A stretch of DNA of 17,942 nucleotides from Gemmatimonadota bacterium (GTDB lineage: Bacteria; Gemmatimonadota; Gemmatimonadetes; Gemmatimonadales; Gemmatimonadaceae), in NCBI GenBank assembly GCA_031372565.1, contig JANMLN010000048.1:1-17942 (forward strand). Reading direction: 5' to 3'. The notes beneath the pieces are model-generated. The model was not told where the DNA came from and did no database searches. It saw only the letters and a list, made by a program, of their open reading frames with translations. Position numbers and translations under genes: made by a program. Position 1 is the stretch's first letter; each line of letters opens with the position of its first letter. This document shows positions 8,601-15,706 of this stretch, in pieces.

Positions 8601-9176
8601 ACCGGCGAGCGGGAGCGCTGCCTCGACGCCGGGATGAACGGCTATCTCTCGAAGCCGTTCAAGCCGACCGAGCTGTTCGCGATCGTCGAGGGGTGGGGGG
8701 CGCGACCCACGCGTACGCCCTCGAGCGTCGCGGCGGTGCCGGTGCCGGTGCCGGCGCCGGTGCCGGTGCCCGCGTCGGCTGCCCCGCCGGTGCTCGTGCC
8801 GGTTCCCGCGGCGGTACCGCCCCCGGTGGACCTCGCGGCGTTCCGTTCGGAGATGCGGAGTGCCGGCGCCGAGGACGCGGTGGACTCCATTCTCAACACC
8901 TTCCTGACGAGCGTGCCCGTGCGGAGTGCCGCGATCTCGGCGGCGATCGCCGCCGGCCGCGCCGCCGACATCGCGGTGGCCGCGCATGCCTTCCGTGGAG
9001 CGGCCGGGTCGGTGGGTGCCCACGCACTGGCCACCCTTCTGCTGGCGACGGAGCTGGCCGGAAAGGAGGGACGCGTCGGCGATGCGGTTGCGCTGGGGGC
9101 AAGCGTCCAGCGGGAAGCGGACACGGTGGCCGCGTACCTGCACGACTGCGGCGTTGGAGTGCCAGCCCATGCTTGA
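5613..9176 (+). CDS. Cytoplasmic hybrid sensor histidine kinase: 4 PAS (first shortened)-HisKA-HATPase-REC-REC-Hpt (about 1187 aa)
   Basis: H-box FLANMSHEIRTPMN (His codon 7206), N-box QILSNLLANAVKFT, G boxes DTGLGI and GGTGLGL, REC1 (VVDDN...ILDSQMP...KP), REC2 (LAEDN...LMDIHMP...KP), Hpt AAHAFRGAA (His codon 8985). No obvious TM helix. ATG 5613 follows AGGGG. Confidence 0.95.
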   Translation: MTRTKATGAATVVDRLEAEPARVDAAVPGAAGAAPATSPVATQAPAVIVVEATRETILSVDDATLHLFGYGRTELIGQPLALLLSGPKAQRKDGTAFAAKWARSAITLGDAPLIVVTVCEDSHREMSEALYQLLFESNPLPAWVMDSATGAFLFVNDAALREYGYTRAEFLGLSVSALRLPDEAADIGEYLATQPPGPFITTRPWHHRRKDGSILEVQVRGERIMLDGRAAVLTLMVDAAREHAIAELRDRERQLEEAQALAHVGSWELDIPSDRATWSSELRRMFGVPAQFPVGVDVLMEHVHPEDRERVRHLYDAYLARQIPVLEFECRIIGANGAVHELRNRHTLTLGTDGRPVRMAGIVLDITVQREAEQALADSERLHRMLVENSSDVVVATTAEGMVRYVSSSVTRVLGLDPAQMLGHMASEFVHPDDVPRLAEAFARMVAAPGVPLRNEYRLQHRDGSWRTIECVAQSYDLKGSTFKVVVNGRDVTERAAAEAQQRLLMRDLTAARQTAENATRAKSEFLANMSHEIRTPMNAVLGLTELVLDSELTPEQARHLEMVREAGDTLLSLLNDILDLSKIEAEHVELEAIPFDLVGLAHAVANLSAVAANKRGVELIVDCAPDVPRHVRGDPTRLRQILSNLLANAVKFTHEGEVVISLRVDGLRDGVAAVRFAVRDTGLGIPPDKLDSIFSEFGQVDASTTRRYGGTGLGLSIARRLTRLMGGDLTVTSELGRGSEFSLTLSLPVEAAPKELPGPTPVQFADVRTLVVDDNATNRQIVRGIMARVGASVSEASNATDALAAMERAEAEGLPHAIVILDSQMPDRDGWSLAAEIRRHPKLQGTRLLMLASAGERGDGERCRALGIDGYLIKPVSRSDLVEATASIVVGKRAVGTVVTSHALAETRARLRVLLAEDNAVNQEVAAAMLRRRGHDVTVVDNGALAVAAAAKGTFDVILMDIHMPEMDGFAATAAIRALPGGARVPIIALTADALTGERERCLDAGMNGYLSKPFKPTELFAIVEGWGARPTRTPSSVAAVPVPVPAPVPVPASAAPPVLVPVPAAVPPPVDLAAFRSEMRSAGAEDAVDSILNTFLTSVPVRSAAISAAIAAGRAADIAVAAHAFRGAAGSVGAHALATLLLATELAGKEGRVGDAVALGASVQREADTVAAYLHDCGVGVPAHA
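8736..8771 (+). repeat. In-frame hexamer tandem repeat (GTGCCG)x6, imperfect, encoding VPVPVPAPVPVP
   Basis: Six 6-nt units, two with single substitutions, in the linker between REC2 and Hpt. Confidence 0.8.
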
Positions 9177-11259
9177 CGCGCCCCCCCGCGGCCACTGGCT
9201 GCTTGGCGTCCCCGGGACGGCCGGTGCCGGCGTGATCAACGCGGCGACGCCGATTGCCGACGCTTGGCGCCGCGCGGCGAGCGCCAGCAAGCTGAGCCAG
9301 GCAGAGCTCGCGGCCAAGGTCGCGGAGCACTACCACCTCAAGGTCGCGAACCTGGCGTCATCGCAGAAGCACGCGACCGACCTGATCCCCGAGCGCCTGG
9401 CGCGCGGCCGGCTGGCCTTCGCCCTGCGCGAGACGAACGATCAGATCGTGGTCGCCGTGGCCGACCCGACCGACATGGAGACCGAGCATCTGTTGGCGTT
9501 CGCGTCGGGGCGCGACGCGGTGTTCGAGATCGCCCCGCCCGACGCGATCAGCGACGCGCTCGACGGGCGCTACGCCCCCGACCGGGCCGTGGAGCGGCTC
9601 CTCAGCCGCGTGGGCGCCGAGATGGCCGATGCGGTGAGCATCGTGGAGGAGCACGAGCCCGAACCGGTCGACACGCACGAAGCGGAGTCGGCGCCGATCA
9701 TCAAGCTCACCAACGTCATCCTCGGCGACGCGGTGCGGGCGCGGGCGAGCGACATCCACGTGGAGCCCGCCGAGGGCAGCGGTCGCGTGCGCTTCCGCGT
9801 GGACGGCGTGATGACGCCGTACACGCGGGTGTCGATGGCGATCCTGAACCGGGTCGTGTCGTGCCTCAAGATCATGGGCAGGCTCGATATCGCTGACCGC
9901 CTCCGGCCGCAGGACGGCCGGGCGCGGATCTTCGTCGAGGGCCGGGCGATCGACCTCCGGCTCTCGACGGTGCCGACGCGCGACTCCGAGAAGGCGGTGG
10001 TGCGCCTGCTCGACCCGAACAATGCCCGGCGGCTGGAGGACATGTCGCTGACGACGGCGGAGCTCGTGCCCTTCCGGTCGCTCCTCGATCGCCGGGACGG
10101 CATCGTGCTGGTCACCGGCCCCACCGGCTCGGGAAAGACGACGCTGCTCTACGCCGCGCTGCGCGAGATGCCGACGGGCGAGCTGAACGTGATGACGGTG
10201 GAAGACCCGATCGAATACGAGCTCGCCGGGCTGACGCAGATCCAGGTCGCGCCCAAGCGCGACGTGACCTTCGCGACGGCGCTCCGGTCGATCCTGCGCC
10301 AGGACCCCGACGTGATCTTCATCGGCGAGATCCGCGACGCCGAGACGGCGAAGATCGCCGTGCAGGCGAGCCTGACCGGCCACCTGGTTCTGGCGTCGCT
10401 GCACACGAACGACGCGGTCGGCGTCGTGGGGCGGTTGGCGGATCTGGGCGTCGCGCGGGGGGAGATCGCGGCCACGTTGCGCGGCGCCACCGCGCAGCGC
10501 CTCGTGCGCAAGGTGTGCGCGGCGTGCGTACAGCCGATCACGGGACCGCTCCTGGAGATCGAGACGCTCCTCGCCGCGCGATACGGGGTGCAACCGGTGG
10601 TGCGGACGGTCGGGTGCGCGCGGTGTGCGCACACCGGCTTCTACGGTCGCGTGCCGCTACTCGAAGTGCTCATCTCGAGTCCCGCGTTCGAGCTGCGGGT
10701 GATCGAGGGGGGGACGACCTCGCAGCTGCAGGCGGCGGCCGTCGCCGCCGGGATGCGCCCGCTCCACGCGGCTGCGGTGGAGCGGGTCCGTAGTGGCGAG
10801 ACCACGCTCGAGGAGATCGACCGCGAGCTCGGCGAGGCGGATGCCGGGGGCGAGACGTCGGTGCGCGAGCCGACGGCGGCACTCCCGCACGTGCTGGTGG
10901 CGGATGACGATGCCGTGACGCGGGCGAAGGCCCGCGCGCTGCTCACGGCGAACGGCTACCGCGTCTCGGAGGCGGCCGACGGCGAGGAGGCGCTCGCCCT
11001 GATCGAGAAGGACCGTGACGTGGCCCTCGTGGTGCTCGACCTCTCGATGCCGAACGTCGGTGGTCTCGAGGTGCTGAAGCGGCTGCGGGGCGCCATCGCA
11101 ACGAGCGCGCTCCCCGTGGTGGTGCTCACGGGCGCCACCGACAGCCAGTCGGAGGTGGACGTGATGGATGCGGGTGCGGACGACTATGTGCGCAAACCGC
11201 TCGTCGCCGAACGGTTCCTCTCGCGCATCAAGGCCGTGCTCAGGCGCAGCGCGTCGTAA
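9169..11259 (+). CDS. PilB/GspE-family secretion/pilus assembly ATPase with C-terminal response-regulator receiver domain (696 aa)
   Basis: ASDIHVEP, RFRVDG, PQDGR, Walker A GPTGSGKT (10117-10140), TVEDPIEY, LRQDPDVIFIGEIRD, TGHLVLASLHTN, tetracysteine CAAC...CARC. REC domain from about 10888 (VADDD, VLDLSMP, VLTG, ADDYVRKP). ATG 9169 has a GGAG SD and overlaps the kinase by 8 nt. Confidence 0.93.
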   Translation: MLDAPPRGHWLLGVPGTAGAGVINAATPIADAWRRAASASKLSQAELAAKVAEHYHLKVANLASSQKHATDLIPERLARGRLAFALRETNDQIVVAVADPTDMETEHLLAFASGRDAVFEIAPPDAISDALDGRYAPDRAVERLLSRVGAEMADAVSIVEEHEPEPVDTHEAESAPIIKLTNVILGDAVRARASDIHVEPAEGSGRVRFRVDGVMTPYTRVSMAILNRVVSCLKIMGRLDIADRLRPQDGRARIFVEGRAIDLRLSTVPTRDSEKAVVRLLDPNNARRLEDMSLTTAELVPFRSLLDRRDGIVLVTGPTGSGKTTLLYAALREMPTGELNVMTVEDPIEYELAGLTQIQVAPKRDVTFATALRSILRQDPDVIFIGEIRDAETAKIAVQASLTGHLVLASLHTNDAVGVVGRLADLGVARGEIAATLRGATAQRLVRKVCAACVQPITGPLLEIETLLAARYGVQPVVRTVGCARCAHTGFYGRVPLLEVLISSPAFELRVIEGGTTSQLQAAAVAAGMRPLHAAAVERVRSGETTLEEIDRELGEADAGGETSVREPTAALPHVLVADDDAVTRAKARALLTANGYRVSEAADGEEALALIEKDRDVALVVLDLSMPNVGGLEVLKRLRGAIATSALPVVVLTGATDSQSEVDVMDAGADDYVRKPLVAERFLSRIKAVLRRSAS

Positions 11260-11401
11260 GGTGCGAGGGCCGCTGCGGGATGACTCGCCCGTCCCGCGAC
11301 CGCGACTGCCGGTCGTCGCGCGCTCAGCTGCACCACCATTGGGGTACGCCATCGTGGCGATAACGGCGGCGGTCGCCCCGCCATAACCTTCCGGAAACCA
11401 G

Positions 11402-12040
11402 ATGCATACCCTCGCCGATGCCACCTTCACCGCGCTGCTCGCGGACCGCTTCCCGGCGGGGATGCTGGACGCGCATCCCAGCAGCGTCTTCGGCATCTGG
11501 CCCGACGGACGCCTGGCGTACCTCAACCCGGGCTGGTACGAGTTCGCCATCGCCAACGGCGGCTACCCGGCGATCGAGAATCAGTGGGACATCGGCGCCA
11601 ACTACCTCGATGCCGTCACGCCGCCCCTGCGGCCGTTCTACCGCGCCCTGCTCGCGCGCGCGCCGGAGGTGGGAGCGGCGCAGCATCCGCTCTCGCACGA
11701 ATACGAGTGCTCGAGCGCCGACATGTTCCGGAAGTACAACATGCAGGTGTATGCGTTGCCGAGGCAGGCGGGCTGGCTGGTCGTCAATTCGCTGGTCGTC
11801 GAGCAGCCGCACGACCCGGAGGAGCGACCGGCCCACGCCACCAGCGACGCCGAGTACCGGGATGTGGCCGGGATCGTGCACCAGTGCGCGCATTGCCGAC
11901 GCGTGTTGCACCAAGGGCGCGAGCCGCGATGGGACTGGGTGCCCGCATGGGTGACGCATCCGGCGCGCGACACCAGCCACGACGTCTGTCCGGTGTGCTA
12001 CGCCTTCTACTATCCGCAGGTCGCCAGCTCGCTCCGCTGA
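11402..12040 (+). CDS. Hypothetical protein: PAS-like domain plus C-terminal CxxC...HxxCxxC zinc-ribbon-like motif (212 aa)
   Basis: N-part VFGIWPDGRLAYLNPGWYEFA...GANYLD...EYEC has a PAS-like pattern. C-part QCAHCRRV...WDWV...SHDVCPVC resembles the ICxxCKKIR...SHGICPxC tail of signalling proteins. Confidence 0.75.
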   Translation: MHTLADATFTALLADRFPAGMLDAHPSSVFGIWPDGRLAYLNPGWYEFAIANGGYPAIENQWDIGANYLDAVTPPLRPFYRALLARAPEVGAAQHPLSHEYECSSADMFRKYNMQVYALPRQAGWLVVNSLVVEQPHDPEERPAHATSDAEYRDVAGIVHQCAHCRRVLHQGREPRWDWVPAWVTHPARDTSHDVCPVCYAFYYPQVASSLR

Positions 12041-12225
12041 GCGCTCGCCGGTCGCCGCTCCCCCTCACGGCCGTGCCTCGCGACGGGGCTAGGCCCTTCG
12101 TGTCATGACGCGCGACGGCGGGAGACGGTAGCTATCGATCCTCGGCAAGATGGTCGTGCATTGCCTGACCGCTGCTTCCGCCGAGGGGCCGGCGGCCGGG
12201 CACCTGCTCCTTGGAGCCCCCGATC

Positions 12226-12753
12226 GTGGAGAAGGTCCGCGCCGCCCCGCCCCCACTCCTCGCCGCCGGTTGGCGCGCTTTGCGCAGGGCGCGCGCCGGC
12301 CGGGGGTTCTCGATGGTGGAGATGGTCGTCGTGCTGGTCATCGTCGGCATCATGATCGCGCTGGCGCTGCCGCGCGTACAACGCCAAACGAACCTCGCGC
12401 GCGTGAACAACGCCCAGTCCGTCGTCGCGGGCGACCTGCGGCGGGCGGCGACCTTGGCGGCGCAGCGGCGGCGGCCGATGGAGGTCCGGTGGGACGCGAC
12501 CAGCGCGCGCCTCGTCGTCCGGCAGCTCGGGACGACGACGGAGCTGGTGCACCGCGCCCTCGGCGCGCGGAGCGAATACCGGCTGCAGGTGTCGGTCGCC
12601 CCCGACTCGGCCATCATCCTCCCGAGCGGCCTCGCGAACGCCTTCTGTGTGCGCCTGCAGGGCGGTAACGCGCCGGATACCGTGGTGCGGCGCGTGCGCA
12701 TCACCACGAGCGGGCAGGCGCGGCTCCTGGCTCCCGGCGAGGCTTGCCCGTGA
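12226..12753 (+). CDS. Type IV minor pilin / pseudopilin, FimT/FimU/GspH-like
   Basis: Class III signal RRARAGRG|FSMVEMVVVLVIVGIMIALALP with Glu5 (Phe codon 12307), DLRRAATLAAQRRRP helix, C-terminal Cys pair. Start uncertain: GTG 12226 (GGAG 9 nt upstream) chosen over TTG 12211 or TTG 12280. Confidence 0.85.
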   Translation: MEKVRAAPPPLLAAGWRALRRARAGRGFSMVEMVVVLVIVGIMIALALPRVQRQTNLARVNNAQSVVAGDLRRAATLAAQRRRPMEVRWDATSARLVVRQLGTTTELVHRALGARSEYRLQVSVAPDSAIILPSGLANAFCVRLQGGNAPDTVVRRVRITTSGQARLLAPGEACP

Positions 12754-13199
12754 CGCGGCGGGCCGGGTTCTCGCTGGTCGAGATCATCGTCGGCATGGTC
12801 CTGTTCAGCGTCGTGCTGCTCGGGCTCGGCGGACTGCAGATCATCGAATCCCGGAAGGTGATGCGGGAGTCCGTACTCGTGCGCGCCACGGCGATGCTGA
12901 CGGCGCGCACCGGGGGATGGCAGGTGGCGGACTTCGGCTCGCTGCCGGCGCTGGGCATCACCGGCAGCTGCATGATCGACACCACCTCGGCGCCCGGCGG
13001 CTTCCGGTTCTTCCGCTGCGACACGGTCACCGTGGTCAATGCGGACGAACGGACGATCTCGGTGAACGTGCTCGCCCCGCTGTCACAGAAGCCGGGGGCG
13101 GTGACCAGGATACCGGAGGACTCGACCCTCGTCGCCGCGCAGTTCGTCCGGCTGAACGCCAGACTGCAACGATCGCGCCAGCCCGCGACGCCCTTCTGA
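12750..13199 (+). CDS. Type IV minor pilin, PilV/GspI-like (149 aa)
   Basis: MTRRAG|FSLVEIIVGMVLFSVVLLGLGGL prepilin motif; GTGA overlap with the upstream stop; two Cys. Confidence 0.85.
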   Translation: MTRRAGFSLVEIIVGMVLFSVVLLGLGGLQIIESRKVMRESVLVRATAMLTARTGGWQVADFGSLPALGITGSCMIDTTSAPGGFRFFRCDTVTVVNADERTISVNVLAPLSQKPGAVTRIPEDSTLVAAQFVRLNARLQRSRQPATPF

Positions 13200-14077
13200 T
13201 GCGACGCCGCGGCGTCACCCTCGTGGAGATCGTCATCTCCCTGCTCATCGGCGCCGTGTTCGGCGTCTCGATGATCAAGCTGCTCGCGAGCCAGAATCGG
13301 TTCATGGCGCGTGAGGCGATGGGTCGGGAAGCGCGCGCCACGGTCTCGAGCGGCCTCGGCGCGCTCGGGGCTGACCTCCGCATGGTGCAGTACGACCCGG
13401 GGAGTTCCTCCGGGCTGGTCGTGAGTGCCTCGGAGCCGAGCGACAGCGCGTTCACCGCGCGCCTTCCGGTGGCGTTTGCCATCGCCTGCGACGCGGCCAC
13501 GCTGGTGGTGCCGCCCTACGACTCCACACGGCTGACGTTCGGCGGCGTCGGCGCCACGAGTTTCGACGGGTACGCCGTGCGCACGGCCGCCGGCGGCTAC
13601 AGCTACCAGACGGCCAGCGCGGGGTGGCTCACGCTGCCATCGAGCGCGACCGCCTGTGCCTCGCCGTCGCCCGCGATCTCCGTGGTGGCGGGGGCCGGCC
13701 TGCGCGTGGCGAGGTCGTCGGTCGCGCTGGTGCCCGCCCCGGCGCGCGGCGGGGTGGTCATGCTCTGGGTGCGCGTGCGGTACCGGATCGGCGCCTCGAC
13801 CAGCTACACCTCGCCGCCGCGCCGCGCGTTGTTCGTCACCCTCGGGACGTCGGGAGTCGAGCGCGAGATGCTCGCGCCGCTCGACACCGGGGCGCGCTTC
13901 CGCTACTTCGACGCCACGGGCATGGACTCGGCGCGCACGAGTCCCCCGGCCGACGTGACCACGATTCGCGGCATCCAGGTCGTCCTGCCAGGGTTGAGTC
14001 CGGCGGTGGCGCAGGCCCGTTCGAGCCCTGAGTCGGCGCGCCTTGTGACGGCATTCTTCTTCCGGAACGCGCCATGA
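13199..14077 (+). CDS. Type IV minor pilin, PilW/GspJ-like (292 aa)
   Basis: MRRRG|VTLVEIVISLLIGAVFG prepilin motif, LGADLRM helix end, C-terminal FRYFD...IRGIQVVL...FFFRN pattern; TGATG overlap with the upstream gene. Confidence 0.85.
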   Translation: MRRRGVTLVEIVISLLIGAVFGVSMIKLLASQNRFMAREAMGREARATVSSGLGALGADLRMVQYDPGSSSGLVVSASEPSDSAFTARLPVAFAIACDAATLVVPPYDSTRLTFGGVGATSFDGYAVRTAAGGYSYQTASAGWLTLPSSATACASPSPAISVVAGAGLRVARSSVALVPAPARGGVVMLWVRVRYRIGASTSYTSPPRRALFVTLGTSGVEREMLAPLDTGARFRYFDATGMDSARTSPPADVTTIRGIQVVLPGLSPAVAQARSSPESARLVTAFFFRNAP

Positions 14078-15330
14078 TGACGGCGCGTCTCCGGCCGCAG
14101 GCACGGCGTCGGAACGGTGTCGTCTTTCCGATGGTGCTGATCCTCATGGCCGTGCTGTCGGCGGGCGCGGCGGGCGCCTTCACGTACCTGACGATGGAGA
14201 CGGCGTCCACCGGCAGTCGGCAAGCGGCGCAGGATGCCCGCCTGGTGGCCGAGGACGGGCTGGAGCGTTTTGTCCACGACATACCGACCGTCGCCCGCGA
14301 CTCGATGGTGCCGGCCAGCGGGCCGATCCTCGTCGCCGCCGACTCGAGCGTGACGACCGTCCTCCTGCTCTCGGTCTCCGACACGCGCCAGCGGCAACTC
14401 TCGAGCACCGCCCCCGTGCCCGACACGGCCGAGGTGAAGGCGTACCTCCTGCGCCGCGCGAGCTCGGCGAGCGACTCCTCGCTGTGGCTGTTCAAGGTGC
14501 GCGGGGTGGCCGCGCGCGCCCGGCCGGCCGGAGGGACCAAGGCCGAGCGCACCATCGCCGTGTACGCCTGGTTCGCTCCCGGCCGGATGAACGTGATTGG
14601 CGGATGGGTGAGCCTGACCGGCGCCGACCGCACGGGAAATGCCGGGAGCTTCAGCGGAGTGGACGCCTGTGCCAAGGACACCGCACGGTTCGGGATCGTG
14701 GTGCCCAACGACCCCGGTGCGGGGTTCACGGGCTCGCTGGCCGGCATCACGGGGAAGGGGATCGACGAGACGCGCAGCATTGCCACGCTGTCGGCGCAGT
14801 TGAACATCGACTGGGCTTCCCTCAGCACCGGCAGCGGCATCACGCCGGCGTTCGTGATCGATCCGTCGGCCGGCATCAGCTCGCTCCCCTCGGCGATGTG
14901 CGCCAGGTTCCACGTCGACACGGGCTACGCGCCCACGATCCTGGTCAAGAACGCCGGGGGCGCGGAGTACAACTACGCGAACCTCTGCAGCGGCGCGACC
15001 AAGAATGACGACAAACGCGGTCTGCTGATCGTGACCGGGGACCTCGGGATGTCGGGCTCGTCGGGCGGGAAGTGGACCGGCGTGCTCCTGATCGGCGAGC
15101 GGTTCAGTTCGAACGGCACGCAGGACGTGAGCGGCGTCGTGGTGAGCGGGTTGCGCGCGACGGTCGATGCGACGTTCCGCACCCCTTCGGTCCTCAACGC
15201 CGAAAGCTCCGTGCTGAAGGGCTCGAAGCAGTACACGTACGACAGCTGCGCGGTGGGCCGGGCGCTGCGAGGGTATGCCGGCCTGCGGCCCATGCAGAAC
15301 ACGTACACCGACCAATGGCCGACGTACTGA
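14074..15330 (+). CDS. Large PilX/GspK-like minor pilin (418 aa)
   Basis: RRRNG|VVFPMVLILMAVLS prepilin-like leader lacking Glu5 (as is typical of PilX/GspK), ARLVAEDGLE motif, Gly-rich beta-type C-terminal region (GLLIVTGDL...WTGVLLIG); ATGA overlap. Confidence 0.8.
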   Translation: MMTARLRPQARRRNGVVFPMVLILMAVLSAGAAGAFTYLTMETASTGSRQAAQDARLVAEDGLERFVHDIPTVARDSMVPASGPILVAADSSVTTVLLLSVSDTRQRQLSSTAPVPDTAEVKAYLLRRASSASDSSLWLFKVRGVAARARPAGGTKAERTIAVYAWFAPGRMNVIGGWVSLTGADRTGNAGSFSGVDACAKDTARFGIVVPNDPGAGFTGSLAGITGKGIDETRSIATLSAQLNIDWASLSTGSGITPAFVIDPSAGISSLPSAMCARFHVDTGYAPTILVKNAGGAEYNYANLCSGATKNDDKRGLLIVTGDLGMSGSSGGKWTGVLLIGERFSSNGTQDVSGVVVSGLRATVDATFRTPSVLNAESSVLKGSKQYTYDSCAVGRALRGYAGLRPMQNTYTDQWPTY

Positions 15331-15403
15331 TGCCGGATCCGCGATCGCACGTCGGCATGACGGGCGTTCATCGTGCATTCACCGGCGCGGGGTACGCTTC
15401 GGC

Positions 15404-15706
15404 ATGCCCACCACCGACGCGATGAAGACCAAGCCACCGCCCACGCGCCCCGTGGACATGTGCGCCCCGCTGCCTGCGGACGCCGAGCGGGTGCGGCTGC
15501 TGGCCCGTGGGATTGTCGTGGCCGAGCCGGGGCGCTGCGTCGAGTGCGGCATCTGTTCGTTCAACTGTCCGAGCGGGATCGATGTGCGTGCCGTCGCGCG
15601 GGAGGGACTCGCCGTGACCGACCGGCGCTGCGTGCTCTGTGGAAGTTGCGTGGCGCGCTGCCCGCGCGGCACGCTCCGCTTCGATGAGCTGGGTGAAGCG
15701 CCGTGA
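15404..15706 (+). CDS. 2x[4Fe-4S] dicluster ferredoxin-like protein (about 100 aa)
   Basis: CVECGICSFNCP and CVLCGSCVARCP motifs. Start is ATG 15404 or 15422. The stop overlaps the next gene (GTGA). Confidence 0.9.
   Translation: MPTTDAMKTKPPPTRPVDMCAPLPADAERVRLLARGIVVAEPGRCVECGICSFNCPSGIDVRAVAREGLAVTDRRCVLCGSCVARCPRGTLRFDELGEAP

Noticed and set aside
8926..9168. N-terminal extensions given by the ORF track (ATPase from 8926, permease from 5275, PilW-like from 12647, ferredoxin from 15275)
   Set aside because: They overlap neighbouring genes or the tRNA extensively; downstream starts fit SD sites, start/stop overlaps or family N-termini better.
12143..12164. Sigma54 promoter upstream of the pilins (TGGTCGTGCATTGC)
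   Set aside because: GG-to-GC spacing is 9 nt rather than the required 10.
12226..15330. Electrically conductive (e-pilin) genes
   Set aside because: These are minor pilins with large globular domains, not short aromatic-rich major pilins; proximity to a cytochrome is not sufficient evidence.
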